Source of the DNA: Octopus bimaculoides
Lineage: Eukaryota
Direction: 5' to 3'
Length of the DNA stretch: 61,730 nt
Assembly: GCF_001194135.2 (NCBI RefSeq)
Contig: NC_068989.1
Coordinates: forward strand, 4,297,357-4,359,086
Positions 13,433 through 27,914 of this stretch are shown one piece after another; position 1 is the stretch's first letter; each line of letters opens with the position of its first letter. The notes under the pieces are model-generated. The model made no database searches, had not been told where the DNA came from, and saw nothing but the letters and a program-made list of their open reading frames with translations. The translations under genes were made by a program, and so were the position numbers.

Positions 13433-13626
13433 CAAATGAAGCAAGAACGATAACTTTCGTTAGTCAAGACTACAGGATATGCCACTATCGAAAGAGGTAG
13501 ACATTGCTGAAGAATGTTTAACACAACCAAACAAAAGCAACGTTGGCATCTAAAATTGAAATAGAAACGATATTATTTGAAATGAGTTGAGGTGCCAAAA
13601 TCGCAATTAATGTGTGTGTGCGTGTT

Positions 13627-13657
<31 letters not shown>

Positions 13658-13807
13658 GTGTGTGTGCATGCGTGGTGTGGGTGTTTATATGTGTATGTAT
13701 GTATCTATGTAAGTGTGGATGAATGCGTCGATGTGCATATGTATACATATATGTAAACATAAAGTCAGAGAGAGGGATAATTTTCCATGTGCGTCTATGT
13801 GTATAAA

Positions 13808-13896
<89 letters not shown>

Positions 13897-14377
13897 ACAC
13901 ACATATGTCTAAACATATATACATACACACACACACACACACACACACACGCACGCACATACACACGCTCAAATACGCACACGCAGAGGGAGCTGATTCT
14001 GTGCTCGAGTTTATGTGTATATTATACGCAGACACACAGTTACATCTTTAGGTCCATCCATCCATCCGTCCATCCATCCACGTATCCATCCATCCATCCA
14101 CGTATCCATCCATATATAGACATAGACATATACACGCTTGTTGAAACGTGAACATTTATACAAAAATACAAACATAATGTCGTCCGGTAACAAAATCCAT
14201 TCACCAGAACCGACGTCTAACTCCTCCATTCAGGCGTATATCGTGTAGTCGTTATTCGGTTCAAGGGAGGCAACTCTCAAAGTTAAATTTATTTCCCATT
14301 CACTGTGTACGTTAGTGAAGTTACGAACGGCTGCGAATAAGCGACGTCTTACACGCACGGGCACAACGCAGACACAC

Positions 14378-14419
<42 letters not shown>

Positions 14420-16419
14420 CATTTATTTATTTCAGGCAGTAGACTAAGGCCATACTGGGGCACCACCTGCAAACATTTTAGTCGAACAAATCGGCCCCAT
14501 ATTTTTATTTATTTATTTATTTATATTTGAAGCTCTCACGATCCCTTTTGCTGAAGCGGGGTCGTAAACACATCAACACCGATCCTCAAGTGGTGGTGAG
14601 GGACAAACATTGTAACATACACTAACATATNNNNNNNNNNNNNNNNNNNNNNNNNNNNNNNNNNNNNNNNNNNNNNNNNNNNNNNNNNNNNNNNNNNNNN
14701 NNNNNNNNNNNNNNNNNNNNNNNNNNNNNNNNNNNNNNNNNNNNNNNNNNNNNNNNNNNNNNNNNNNNNNNNNNNNNNNNNNTAGAAATATATATATATA
14801 CACTAATCCATCGACTATCACGTGTGTTACGTTCCAAAACGTCCCACAGAATTATTTAAAATCTTGAAAAATATAGATACCTATCCGGCCGGGGAATCTG
14901 TGATATAAATTTATACACCCCAGAAAAATCTACGATGAACTGAGTTCACGATAGGTGAACCGCGATATGGCAAGGGATTATATATATATAAGGACTATAC
15001 CTGTACGAATACAAGTATTAATCAAGTCTTACGTCATACATGTTATTCTCCTGTTCTTCCTTATTAGAGTCTCTGATCATGAAACATACTTGGACACGGG
15101 GTAGAGGATCTTTAGTTGAACAAATCCGCACCACCACTAGCTATGAGTTGCTTTGTTTTTTTTTTAATCTGGTTCTTATTCTATTTTTCTCTTTTGCCAA
15201 ACAACTATATTACAGCAACGAATATTAACCAACACCGGCTATCGAGCAGCGATGAAAACCACAGATATAAAGACTCATTCATAGGCATATGTATGTGCGT
15301 GTGTCTGTTTGTAAATGTTTGTGTGTATATACGTACAATATAAATGTATTAAATATGTATGTATGTATGTATGTATGTATGTTTTGTAGGTTTGTATGAC
15401 TGCTTCAGTGTTGTCGAACATACTTGGGTTTGTGTTAGGAGACTTTTCATAGATTTGGGTTGTCTTTTGCTCTTTATGATGCATTTTGAGGATTATATTC
15501 TGTGGTTCTGTGGTCCCTTTTTAGTAGTACCAGTCAAATAAATTACCAGTCAACTACTAAGGTCCATGTAATCGATTTCCTCCACTCCACACCCATCTAC
15601 CTACTCCATGTACACACATATGAGTATATATATGTATAATCAGGATAGATCGCACCACAAGAACCGTTTTAATACATTATCAACTAACCGCAAATCGATG
15701 TGTTTATAGAAGGAAGTAACATCGATTTAGAAATATCGAATTCAAAACAAGATAAGCAAAATAACACATAAAAATAACGTCTGATCAAAAACTTTAAAAT
15801 TCAGACAAAATCCATAAACCTACCTATTGTCTATTAAATTTTAAAATTGTTCAAATAAGCGAGTTGAGATAAAGCAAATTTGATTGACGTACGAAGAGGG
15901 GGGAGAATTAAATGGAAGGAAGGCAAATAGATTATACTTAAACGGAAATCAGTCATACTAGCTGTTGAAGATGAAATATTTAGGAACATTTTTTGATGAT
16001 GAGAAAGCATTACGAGGTGTGAGAGTCAATGTTTACTAAGAAACAAAACAGCTCTTTTAATACCAGATATGACAGTTATTGAAATGTAGATATTAGCTAC
16101 TCTGTGTATAAACTCTAATTTATATAATAATCATTATGTCAAACTATACGAGTTACTACGATTACATTGTCTAGAGTAATGGAGAAAAAACAGCTATTTT
16201 AATGTATGGATTTTGCAAGCTACTACTTTTACGAATAATTTTCCTTTGATGTTGCTTTTTAATTTCATGCCTATAAATATGATGGGAATCGGGTATATAA
16301 ATATATCGACCTTCTGATGAGATGTTAAAACACTGAAACAGTCCAAATGTTCTAATATCATATTATAAATAAGTAATTAAATATACACTCTTTATTTGCA
16401 GTATATTGAGTTAGTTTCA

Positions 16420-16625
16420 GGCAGTGAGCAAGTCGAAACGTTAGCAAGCCGGGAAAACTAATTGGTGGCATTTCGTTCGTTCTCGGTTCAAATTCCACCG
16501 AGATCGAGTTTGCCTTTCACCCCTTCAGGGTCGATAAAATAAGGACAAGTTGAACGCTAGGGTCGATGTCATTGACTAACCCCTTCCCCAGAAATTACAG
16601 GCCTTGTGCCAAAAATTTGAAATCA
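16420..16625 (+). mobile_element. tRNA-derived SINE, family A, degenerate
   Basis: GAAACGTTAGCA...TTCAAATTCCACCGAG...TTTGCCTTTCA...GGGTCGATAAAATAAG matches the cleaner copy at 33888-34116. Confidence 0.8.
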
Positions 16626-17103
16626 ATATATTGCGTTTGTTTGTTTTTCTTAACTATGGTTTTCTAATTCAGTTGAACAAGAATAAAGATATGTATAAAT
16701 ATTTCTGATAGTTGTTTATATTAAGTCACGATATTTCCAGAAAAGAAACAACCATGCTTTCTCGTCTACTTTTCCCTGCGTATATTTCAAATAGGCGATG
16801 GGTCATAGCCTCAACTACTTTCTGATTTGTTACAGAGCACACTCAGTAAATACATACTGACGTGGACAAAAGAATTATGTGCTTAATTAACACATAACTC
16901 ATATACATACATACATGCATAGGTACAAACATAGAATGTTAAAAATACCAGCTTAACTCAAAAGAGTAAAGATTGTTTGCCAACATAACATGGCAGTCCT
17001 GGTTTAGGACGTATGTTGCTGTAATTTAGCCCCAGGAGACATTGTCTCCCGCTGGCTATATGACACAATTTGTGTCCTTATATTTTCGATCAAGGGAATC
17101 TGA

Positions 17104-17138
<35 letters not shown>

Positions 17139-17813
17139 NNNNNNNNNNNNNNNNNNNNNNNNNNNNNNNNNNNNNNNNNNNNNNNNNNNNNNNNNNNNNN
17201 NNNNNNNNNNNNNNNNNNNNNNNNNNNNNNNNNNNNNNNNNNNNNNNNNNNNNNNNNNNNNNNNNNNNNNNNNNNNNNNNNNNNNNNNNNNNNNNNNNNN
17301 NNNNNNNNNNNNNNNNNNNNNNNNNNNNNNNNNNNNNNNNNNNNNNNNNNNNNNNNNNNNNNNNNNNNNNNNNNNNNNNNNNNNNNNNNNNNNNNNNNNN
17401 NNNNNNNNNNNNNNNNNNNNNNNNNNNNNNNNNNNNNNNNNNNNNNNNNNNNNNNNNNNNNNNNNNNNNNNNNNNNNNNNNNNNNNNNNNNNNNNNNNNN
17501 NNNNNNNNNNNNNNNNNNNTTTTTTTTTTTTTTTTTTGTCTTTCATCATTGCGTCAAACGACTTCAAAGAAAGAAGATCGTTCAGCCTCTGGCAATAATC
17601 ATTGATTTCAGTTTAACAAACATTCTCTTCGGTTATGAACTGCTATCAAGTATTTCATTTTAGTTTGGGTTTTCTTTTTCATGTACCTGTGTGCGCTTGG
17701 ATGGATGTATGTGTATATATATAAATCAAAAGGATGTGTTATAATAAAATGTATATATATATAGATATCAAAAGTACGTATTATAATATATATATAAGCG
17801 TGTGTGTGTGTGT

Positions 17814-17882
<69 letters not shown>

Positions 17883-17897
17883 TGTGTGTGTTTGTAT

Positions 17898-17936
<39 letters not shown>

Positions 17937-18131
17937 TGTGTGCCTGCGCCTGCGCATTTGTAAGCTACTCTATAGCTCAGAAGTTCGAAGTTTGAATTAC
18001 ACGTTCTACTTATCGCGAAGCTTAAAACCTTGGTAAAATTTTCCATACTCATCTAATATATTATATTAAGTATATACAACTATGAGTATATGAATATATT
18101 TTCTCTTTGTTTATATTTTGCCAAAGGCAAA

Positions 18132-18720
18132 ACAACGGGCATTTAGTAAGCAGTAAGTTACATGATATAATATGAAATGCTATAATATATACAGGGTTGG
18201 GTTCAGACTCATAAAGACCCTAAGCACCTAACAGATTTTGGTGCCCTTATATGTAATTTAAAATATAAACAGTTATAAACCATAAAATAATTTTTTTAAT
18301 ATTTTCCAGAATGAAACAAAACTAACAATAAGATTGAAAGTAAAGTTTATTTTTGTATACTTCCCATTTATTTTTGAAAAGTTTTCTCCGACATACTTTT
18401 AATTGTAAATTCTAAGTGTTTAATCAAATTATCACCCTGACATCATGAAAACTTCAAAATTATTTCTCCGATCGTATAAACCATGAATATTTTTTTAGCA
18501 AGTTAAAGTGATTTCTTTTGTGCCATAAACTATTTACCACCTCTTTCATGTCCCACCTTCCATTCATCCCCTAAGCACCTACTTGTTTCGCTTAATGGTT
18601 TATCCAGTGCTGAATATATAATACAATATTGGGTAATGACTCATTTAATAAATGGATTCATCTATATTCTCCACCCATGGGTGGGTTGTGGTGGTAATAT
18701 CCTTAGGCACCTCCTCCCTA
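18132..18720. mobile_element. Possible old Tc1/mariner-type non-autonomous element
   Basis: Starts TA|CAGGGT like the element at 45884. Internal motif CCCTAAGCACCTA occurs twice (about 18218 and 18569). No right terminus identified. Confidence 0.25.
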
Positions 18721-19450
18721 GGGTCTAATTACAAAGAGCAATCATTACCCCTTCTGGTTGGATTCCCAACCGTGACATAAGCGATGGAATATTACCTCAC
18801 CATCTTGTTTTGATCTACCCTCGAAATTTTCTGCCGATTGGCTATGCTTGAAGAATCCGTATTGCGATTCTTTCCTGTGACATTCTAATCACATATTCGT
18901 AGTACTGGAGCTGTAACCCCTCAATGCAGAGAAATTGAGGCTTGACATAATAAAATTTACACAAAATTTCAATTATTACTTTTGAAATTTCAACTCAAGC
19001 ATTTGTAATTACAGTTTTCACTCAATGTTTTGATGTAGTTTCATGTAAAAGCTTCGTATAAGACGTACGAGAAACTCTGTTATAATGGAGCAATAAAAAA
19101 GGCGATGCGCCAGAAGAATCGTTAGCACGCCGGACAAAAAGCTTGGAGGTCTTTACGTTCTGAGTTCAAATTCCATATATATTTAATCCTTTATATCGAA
19201 CACTCAATATTTCATATATTCAATAAGACATATTCCATATATTCAATAAGACATTCAATACTTCATTTCATTTCATTGTACCATCCATTTTTATATTATA
19301 TATTATATACTCCATATTCTATATCCCACATTAATTTTACAAGAATATAAATAAAACATAAAAAACAGACAGAGTTGGAACTCTTTTAAATAAAATAATA
19401 TATTCCTCTATACACGATCATACAAAACCCTTTTTTTGTATTTATTTTTA

Positions 19451-19491
<41 letters not shown>

Positions 19492-20904
19492 TTATACTGT
19501 GGATGTTTGTGCGTCTGTGTTTGTCCCCGCCACCATCGCTTGATAACCGATGTTGCTCTGTATAACCGATGTTGCTCCGCTAACTTAACGGTTCAGCAAA
19601 AGAGCCCGCTAGAATAACTACTAGGCATACAAATATGTGTGTGTGCGTGTGCGCGCACGCGTGTGTGTGTATACGCGTATATTGTGTTGTATATATTTGA
19701 AACGTCTACGTACATGTGGTGGAACTCATCTCTTTCCCACCGTCCTGAATTATAAGATACTTAGACTCTAATGGATCTTGTAACTGATTAATAATACACA
19801 CACAAACACACAAACACAAACACACACATACACACATACACGCACACGCACATGTATATAAAGAGAGAGAGAAAAGGAGAGACTTTAAAGAGAGAGAGAA
19901 AAGGAGAGACTTTAAAGAGAACAGAATGTGAAGAGGTGATCGTTAATGGCATCAAAGCATTTATAAATTTGTTATACAGATGTGTGTCTAAATATAATTA
20001 AGCAGTGACCAAGAAAAAGAAAGTCCATACTAGTTCTTCATAGATAGGCAGACCTCTTCCTTCTCTCTCTCTTACTCTCTCTTCATAGACAGACAGATCT
20101 CTTCTCTCTCTCTTTCTCTCTCTCTCTCAGCATATACATACATACATGCATATATTTATTTATTTATTTATGTGTTTCAGCCAAGTGGCTGCGGTCAAAG
20201 AGGAAGAGAGAGAAAAGCAGAGAAATATTACACTAGATTATCAGAATGTAGATTCTGGACAGGATCAAACCAAGATCTTGCTAGATTTGACATTGCATAA
20301 CATTCATCAACAACCGACAAAGAAGTATCAATATGAAACTGAAATGGATTCAATCGAGCGTGTCCCAGAGCATTGATACGACTCCAATATTAATGTTTGA
20401 GTAATTGAAGGCGACACACAACGTTCTCTACTCCCCACTTGTGTCTTTCATTTTCAATATCGTGAGTGATTAAGGCGGGAGATTAAGAAAAGCCAAGAAC
20501 GTCATGTTAAATCAAGAACGTCTTGTAATTCTGTAATATCGCATTCAATATGCTTTCATCATATTAAACGTTATAAAGGGCAACTCAGGATGCAACAGGG
20601 GGTCACATGATCAGTTATAACGTTTCCGTATAAATCTCTTGTGTTACGCTAACATGAGAGTAAAGTAGTTTTGTATTTACAGAGCTTTTTAGGCCAAATA
20701 GGTAAAAGTCTTGGTAGCCAATGACTAAAACTTCATTACTTTTCCCAGTTGGACCGCTCGCCAGCCATGATATTTGAAGAGTTGCCTAAGATTGCAGGAA
20801 ATTACTTAAGGGACACTTGGTTGCTATTTCTACCAGGTCAAGTGATTACATAGGTATTCCATCGCGAGTTTTCCTCGTTGGCACCTCAATTATATTTTTA
20901 TTAT

Positions 20905-20917
20905 TATTATTATTATG

Positions 20918-20977
<60 letters not shown>

Positions 20978-20981
20978 GTTA

Positions 20982-21030
<49 letters not shown>

Positions 21031-22075
21031 AGACATTGCACAGTATTCAATATCGTGAGGTTGTTGATTGAAGATATTGTGTCTACCGGGTGTTTGTACT
21101 CTGTGTCAAATTACAGCAAGGACCTCAGACGGACAGTACTTTACACAATATGCGTACAGTTCCAAGTAATGCCGGTGTTTGCAATACACCTAGATTGTAG
21201 GGCATTTCTAAAGTAGCCTGATCCTGGGCAGCGATTATTAAACTTTCAACATTCCTTTTTAGGTCACCCTTGCTGAGCAACCACCATGAGGCTTCCTGGT
21301 CTTTTAAGTTGTTAGTTTCACGGTGGAATTGACCACGCAATTCCATGCGGTGTAAGGTTTCTGCTCCCTTGTTGGCTATTCGTAATTGGGATTCATTAGC
21401 ACTCTCAAGTCCATTTTTGGTAAATCCCGCTGCTGGTCTTACTTGCTCTTTACCAAATATTCTGCCATGTTCCTTCTTTCACTGTTGATGCACTCCTGTG
21501 TGCTAATCCGCCCACGTCCACTTTTACACCTCTTCATGTAGAGCTTGTGTAGGTTCATCTTAGGATGGAGGGCACCCTGCGTTGTCATTGTCTTTCGGGT
21601 AGAGTGATCGAGTTGGTTAATCTCCGCTGGCGTCCATTTCAGTACAGGTGCACTATAGCGGACTAGAGCAACAGCCCATATGTTGATGGCAGTCACAAGG
21701 TTCCTTGTGTTGAGCTTTGATTTCAAGACAAGTTTGAGGCGCTTCGAATATGCAGTGATGACCTTGTCTTTCATTTCTCTGTGCAAAATATTGTCCAGCT
21801 TCCGGATCCCAACGTATTTATATCCATCATCAACCGGGTTCTCCATTCTCTCTCCGTTTGTCAATTCTATGGCCCTACATACACTCTGCTCATTTCCCCC
21901 GTTTCTAAGTGAGCCCTGCTCACTTCGTGACACCGAATTTCATACCTGTATCCTTGCTGAACCTCTGCACAGTCTCAACCAGCCTCTCCACTTCAGGCTA
22001 TGATTTTGCGAACAGCTTTAAACCATCCATTAAGAGAAAGTGGTTGAGACATGGTCCATTCTTTCTTAACTCATA
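20905..22075 (-). mobile_element. R4/Dong-clade non-LTR retrotransposon fragment (RT C-terminal half, internal deletion, endonuclease C-terminus, 3'UTR, (TAA)n)
   Basis: Minus-strand peptides: NHFLLMDGLKLFAKS (degenerate YMDD box), YKYVGI...LKSKLNTRNLVTAINIWAVALVRYS...WT...LD...RK...HPK...LYMKR...GRG, GQFHRE...SWWLL.KGDLK.NVESLIIAAQDQA, then LQTPALLGTVRILCKVL-stop. All are characteristic of R4/Dong ORFs. Stops and frameshifts present; abuts (TAA)n at 20905-21029. Confidence 0.88.
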
Positions 22076-22648
22076 GTGCGTAAATTCCAATGTAAAGAAC
22101 AAAATCTATTATTTTATGAAAACCAAGAGCAGAACAAGGGGTGGATAGTCCTGGAGAGCTAATGGGTATCACACATTCCTGAATATATACAACATAACAG
22201 TGAGATAATTGCGCAGAATGCCTAAGGACTGTAGAATAACTTCCATGTACATATACACATAAGTATACATACACTGACACACAAATGTGTGTGTGTGTGA
22301 ACTTTTATCTACATACACATATATGTATTTATCTATGTATGTATAATGATTAAACACTAAACATTCAAGAATTTTTACCTCATAATATTAAGTACATTCA
22401 TTCGCTTAATTGCATTTCACAGTAGCGTGACATATACTACTTATGTGTACGTGCGGTTATATATATATATATATATATGAGAGTGTGTGTGTATATATGA
22501 GTATGTATGTGTATGTATGAGTATGTATGTAAATAGTTAAGTAGGTTGGCATGCAGGTGGATACATATGTGGAAAGTAATGTATGTATGCGCATAGGATT
22601 TGAGACGTTCATATGTGCGTATACATACATGCATACATGCACACGTAT

Positions 22649-22702
<54 letters not shown>

Positions 22703-22888
22703 ATATATACGTATATGTATGTATATATATATATGTATATGTATACATTTAAATATAAAGATATATATCGACATACATACACACACACGCATGTGAATGC
22801 AGATACGTGGGAAAATATCACGCGTTCAGATTGACGCATATGATCTGTACACACAGCTATGTGTGCATGCTTAGTCACACGCAAATTC

Positions 22889-22936
<48 letters not shown>

Positions 22937-23349
22937 AAACACATACATGCACGCGCACACTCATACGGTTAAAGAAACAACACGGACAGCTGTGTAAGCA
23001 GTAGGGTTCAGTTTGTGTCGCCGCTAAAACTAACTTTTTACATGGTGTTGCTTTGTTTAGAAGTCCTTGGCTGTTCTTGATGATAAATCGCCTTCAAGAT
23101 GGAGGTTGTTGGAAGGTTCCACTAAAGAAAAAGGGTTATGTTTAGTTTGTGCTCTGTAGAACTAGTTCTGTCACCTAATGTGTTGGTACAGATACACAGA
23201 CTGAGAGGCGGCGCAGTGCTTGTTGTGAGAGAGAAAAAATTGGGATAAAGAGAGAGAAGGAGAGAGAGAGAGAGAGAGAGGAAAAGAAGGGGAAAGAGAA
23301 AGGTGGATAGCAAAATAGAAATGTACGTAGAGCATGTGTGAAAAGTATC

Positions 23350-23397
<48 letters not shown>

Positions 23398-23426
23398 TAC
23401 AGAGAGAGAGAGACAGACAGACAGAC

Positions 23427-23486
<60 letters not shown>

Positions 23487-23639
23487 TAATAGCTGTTGAG
23501 TCCATGTAAATGTTTACGGTTCTGTTCACACAGACAAGTGAATATGTCAATATAAACACATTACAAGTCACACCGTTGGCAGCAATGTTTTTGCACGTAG
23601 GTTTCTGTTAGCTTACACGTGTGTTTGGAATAGTGTGAC

Positions 23640-23685
<46 letters not shown>

Positions 23686-23813
23686 TGTGTGTGCGTAAGA
23701 GAAATAGAGAGAGAGAGTGAGAGAGATTTGGGGTAAAAGAAGAAACATAATGGGAAAGAGGTATGGAAGAACGAAGGTAAAAGAAAAAACAGGTGGAGAG
23801 AGAGTTGAGTAAC

Positions 23814-23877
<64 letters not shown>

Positions 23878-24474
23878 TGGCTGGAAATAGAATTTGAGTT
23901 CTGGTGATGGAGAAATTGTGCTGCGGAGTCTGATGAATCAACAGGACGGGTGTAGGGGTTACTGGTTACGAAACGAACGGCTATCGGTGGTGCCGGTGGT
24001 AGTGGAGTGGCGTTTATGGTGTGGAAGCTATGGTGTGGAAGCTAGGGTGTGGAAGCTATGAAGGTATCAGGTGTAGCCATTTTGTATGAATATCAATAAA
24101 ATCAGAGAGAGAGAGAGATGGAATGGCACGAGAAAAAATTTTAAAAAGCAAAGATAAAGACAGACAGAAGGATTAAGAGAGGGGAGGGGCAGAGAAAATA
24201 TGTATTGACCATTCATGTCCTCACCAGTTCAACATGTCCATAAATGCTAGGATTTGGCGTTATTTTTTACCTATTCATATATTTATTTCATCATTTATAA
24301 CCTTTTATTTGTAGAAGCTGTAGCTTAGTTTTGAGTACAAACAAGGGTTTTGTACCTAACTTAGGGAGTATTTTTGGATTTCTCTGTTTTATTTTTTAGC
24401 GTTTTCTTTTTATCGTGTTATTGGTTTATGCATTTTTTTAACCTTGTTAATTCCACTGTTTTATAACATGCTTG

Positions 24475-24925
24475 TGACTAGCACGAACTGATTAGATTTT
24501 GGGATCGATCCGGTACCGGACAAGGATTCTGGATTATTTGTTATATTTACTTTACATGATTAGGATCTTTAACTTTCAAGTCTTTCTCAATTATCTCCTT
24601 TTAGGCTGTAACTATTGTGAATGAGGAATTTGTTGACTTTGGCTTGTATTAGATAAGGATAAACTATTTATTACTAAATTTTCTTCAACCACTTTCACAT
24701 TCCATGACTACCATTGGGATCGATCAAGTACCGGACAAGCGTTCTGGATTATTTTTCCGGTCTTTTTACTTAATTTTTGAGAGCGATCGGGTTCATTTTA
24801 TTATTCTCGTTTGTGAGAGCAGTTGAGTTTATTTCAGATATTCTCATTTTAAAAATCAGCTCCGGCTAATCGTTGAGAGGACGTTGGTGTTGCTTTAGCG
24901 GAATTTCGCCTTCTCTGAGTGCTAT
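24475..24925 (-). repeat. Interspersed repeat (possible Helitron/Helentron-related non-autonomous element) with an internal about 40-bp duplication
   Basis: GGGATCGATC...GTACCGGACAAG...TTCTGGATTATTT occurs twice (about 24500 and 24716). The element abuts a (TAA)n tract. Classification is from recollection only. Confidence 0.4.
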
Positions 24926-24927
24926 TA

Positions 24928-24986
<59 letters not shown>

Positions 24987-26069
24987 GTTGTTGTTGTTGT
25001 TGTTCTTCTTCTTCTTCTTCTTCTTCTTATTATTATTATTATTATTATTATTATNNNNNNNNNNNNNNNNNNNNNNNNNNNNNNNNNNNNNNNNNNNNNN
25101 NNNNNNNNNNNNNNNNNNNNNNNNNNNNNNNNNNNNNNNNNNNNNNNNNNNNNNNNNNNNNNNNNNNNNNNNNNNNNNNNNNNNNNNNNNNNNNNNNNNN
25201 NNNNNNNNNNNNNNAATGTGATAATTGCGGATAGGACTAACGTGATTTTATTAAAATATTTGAAAACAAATTGAAAACAATCAGAAAAAAATGACAAAGA
25301 AAAAGCACTGTTTTAGTCACAGAGACACAATCTGAGAAGCCAAAGCACTAACTTGAAAGATTGTAACAAAAACATGAGCATCACCATCAACACTAAAGGG
25401 TACCAATATTTTGCAACGATTTCCTTGATATCAACAAGTTTACAAAGTTTTGTTTTTGAAAAGTAGTGTGTGTGTTTCTACTTGAATTTGTGTAAAGTGA
25501 AGTCAGAAGAAGCCCTGATCGATATGCAACACAATGTGTGCTCCGTACTCGGGACTTTAAACATCAGACAAGGATAGGTGCAGAGTTGGCGTAAACACGC
25601 CTACCCACAGGTTGGGTCTACAATATATGTGAAGATTAAGAAATCATTAGCAGAGTTTTTAGTATGATCGTCAACTTGTAGCTTGTTAGCTTGTTGTTAC
25701 ATTTGTGGCAAGTGAGGAGGAGGTTCGCAACAGCATGTGATCGGATGGTATAATGTGAACATCCAACTCCTTAGTTGACCACAATTTTCTCCCTGATAAT
25801 ATCTCATTGAAGCAGTAGAGAGGTAGTGGCTGCTGGACAGTAGGTTCAGTTGATACAAATGATGGTGAAGACGATTTCATGGCTTTTTTTCTTGCATTAA
25901 AAATAGGGAAAGCAAAAAGAAAAGAAAGAAAAGAGACAGACGTAATCGAAGCAGAAGCGGTAGCACCAGTGACAGGTTGATAAGTTCAGGATCAAGACAG
26001 CCCCTTCTGCTATTTACAGAGCATCATTTCTCACAGCTCTGAGGATCTGATGTAAAGATAAGTTAAACT

Positions 26070-26990
26070 ACTTTGTATTCAACGCCAACATCACCAGTAG
26101 TCGACAATCTACGGCGCATAGAAGTCATTTTGAGCTCTCTATCAAGTTTGGACACCGCACTCAACACTGTTGATATCAATGATGACGTAGAATCATCTTG
26201 GAATGCTCTGCGTGATGCAACGCACTCTGCATCCACAGAGGTTCTTGAACTTCTTGTTCGTAAATATCAAGATTAGTTCAACGATACCAACAAAGATGTC
26301 CAACAGTTGATAGATAAAATGCATAGCTCTCCCAGAACTTGGATAAAATGATAAAAGGTCATCTAAAAAAGAGAACGCCTACAAGAAATGCAGAGACCAG
26401 GTCCAACATGATCTGAGAGTGATGAAGGAGGTTTAGTGGTCTTTCAAGGCTACTGAAGTCCAAGAAGTTGAAGACAGAAAGGATTGTAAAACCTTTTATG
26501 ATGGCCCCAGGAAAGTATATGGTCCTCAAGAGCACGGTGTTACTTCTAATTTTTTCATCTGACATCTTGAAACGATAGAAAGAGCACTTTGAAGCCGTGT
26601 TGAACTCCACCTCAACTACTAATGATGACGTCATCATGTCTGTTCCACAGCACCCTGTAACACCAGAACTGTCTTTGGAGCCAACCTTTCTGAAAGTTTC
26701 AAACTCTATTAAACAGATCTCTTCTGAGATCAAGAGTTGTTCTTGATACTCATTCACCTTACTAAGGCTTTCGGCACTGTTAACCGAAAAGCACTATGGA
26801 AAGTTCTGAAAAAGCTTGGTATACCTGACAAGGTGTTGAATGTAACCATCTCCTTTCATGATGGAATGAAGGCTGGTGTCATGTCCGATTGAGAAACTTC
26901 GATTTCCTTTGACGTTACAAACGGCACAAAATAAGGTTGTGTTATGGCTCCTGTCTTATTTGCACTCGTCTTTTCAGTGATACGTGAATG
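26070..26990 (+). mobile_element. RTE-clade (BovB-like) LINE fragment, endonuclease-RT linker plus RT N-terminal motifs, pseudogenised
   Basis: Peptides SWNALRDATHSASTEVL, FYDGPRKVYGP, R*KEHFEAVLN, TKAFGTVNRKALWKVLKKLGIP, FHDGM, VTNGTK*GCVMAPVLF are typical RTE RT motifs (KAFDxV; GVKQGCVLAPxLF), with many stops and deletions. Confidence 0.9.
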
Positions 26991-27646
26991 ACGTTTCTCA
27001 GAGATTAGGTCACATATAAGTAATCATCAAAGGAGAGCTTACTTTAATTGCTTAACACTTTGTATGAGTAATTTTGGGGTGTATGTTTATTGTGTAAATA
27101 TGGCGTTGTTCAATTCTTTTAGAATATTACCAACTTATGCATTTGTTTGGGAGTTTATACATTTTCATTTCAGCTACCAAAGCAATTTTTCACGAGTGTA
27201 GGAGTATATTTCACATACACTATACACCTGTTAACGGATGAAAGATTTAACGAGCAATACTTTGTTATTTTTCTATTCAAAATTACTGAGTCTACTGCAC
27301 TGATGTTTCACATACGAAATAAAACTTCAATAAAAAATTTATATTATACACAAACAACATTATTTTTATCCAATACATGAAAAAAATTTCTTTTATACTG
27401 CATTTGCTTTAATCATTGGACTGGGACATCGCCATAAAAAACTTTTTAGTCAAACAAATCGACCTCGTTGCTTAATTTTTTAAAGTCTGGTACATATTCA
27501 TTCGATCTTTTTCACGAGAAATGCTATGTTTTGGAGACATAGACAAATCAACGAGCGTTTGTCAAACGGCTGAGGTGACAAACACAGTGACACACCTAGA
27601 TATACACAGACACACGCACAGATATATACACATTAATGTATACATA

Positions 27647-27890
27647 TTGGGTCAGTGCATAATTATTGCAGCTTTTTTTTCAACAAATTTTATTCAACAA
27701 AAACAATATTTAACAAAAACATCTTTAGATGACGGTCTGACCGTCTTCTAAGCAAATGGGAAGCAGCAATTGAAGTAGATGGTGAATATGCTTCGGAATA
27801 ATCATTTAAATATGTTTTGTTACATGTTACTGTTGTGCTGAATAAAATTTGTTGTAAAACAAAAGCCGCAATATTTATGCACCAACTCAA
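27647..27890 (+). mobile_element. Internally deleted mariner element (MITE), 244 bp
   Basis: TIRs TTGGGTCAGTGCATAATTATTGCAGC / GCCGCAATATTTATGCACCAACTCAA, TA on both sides (27645-46, 27891-92). Retains the transposase C-terminus ...LLSKWEAAIEVDGEYASE-stop. Confidence 0.88.
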
Positions 27891-27914
27891 TACATCTGTG
27901 CGTGCTCATATGTA

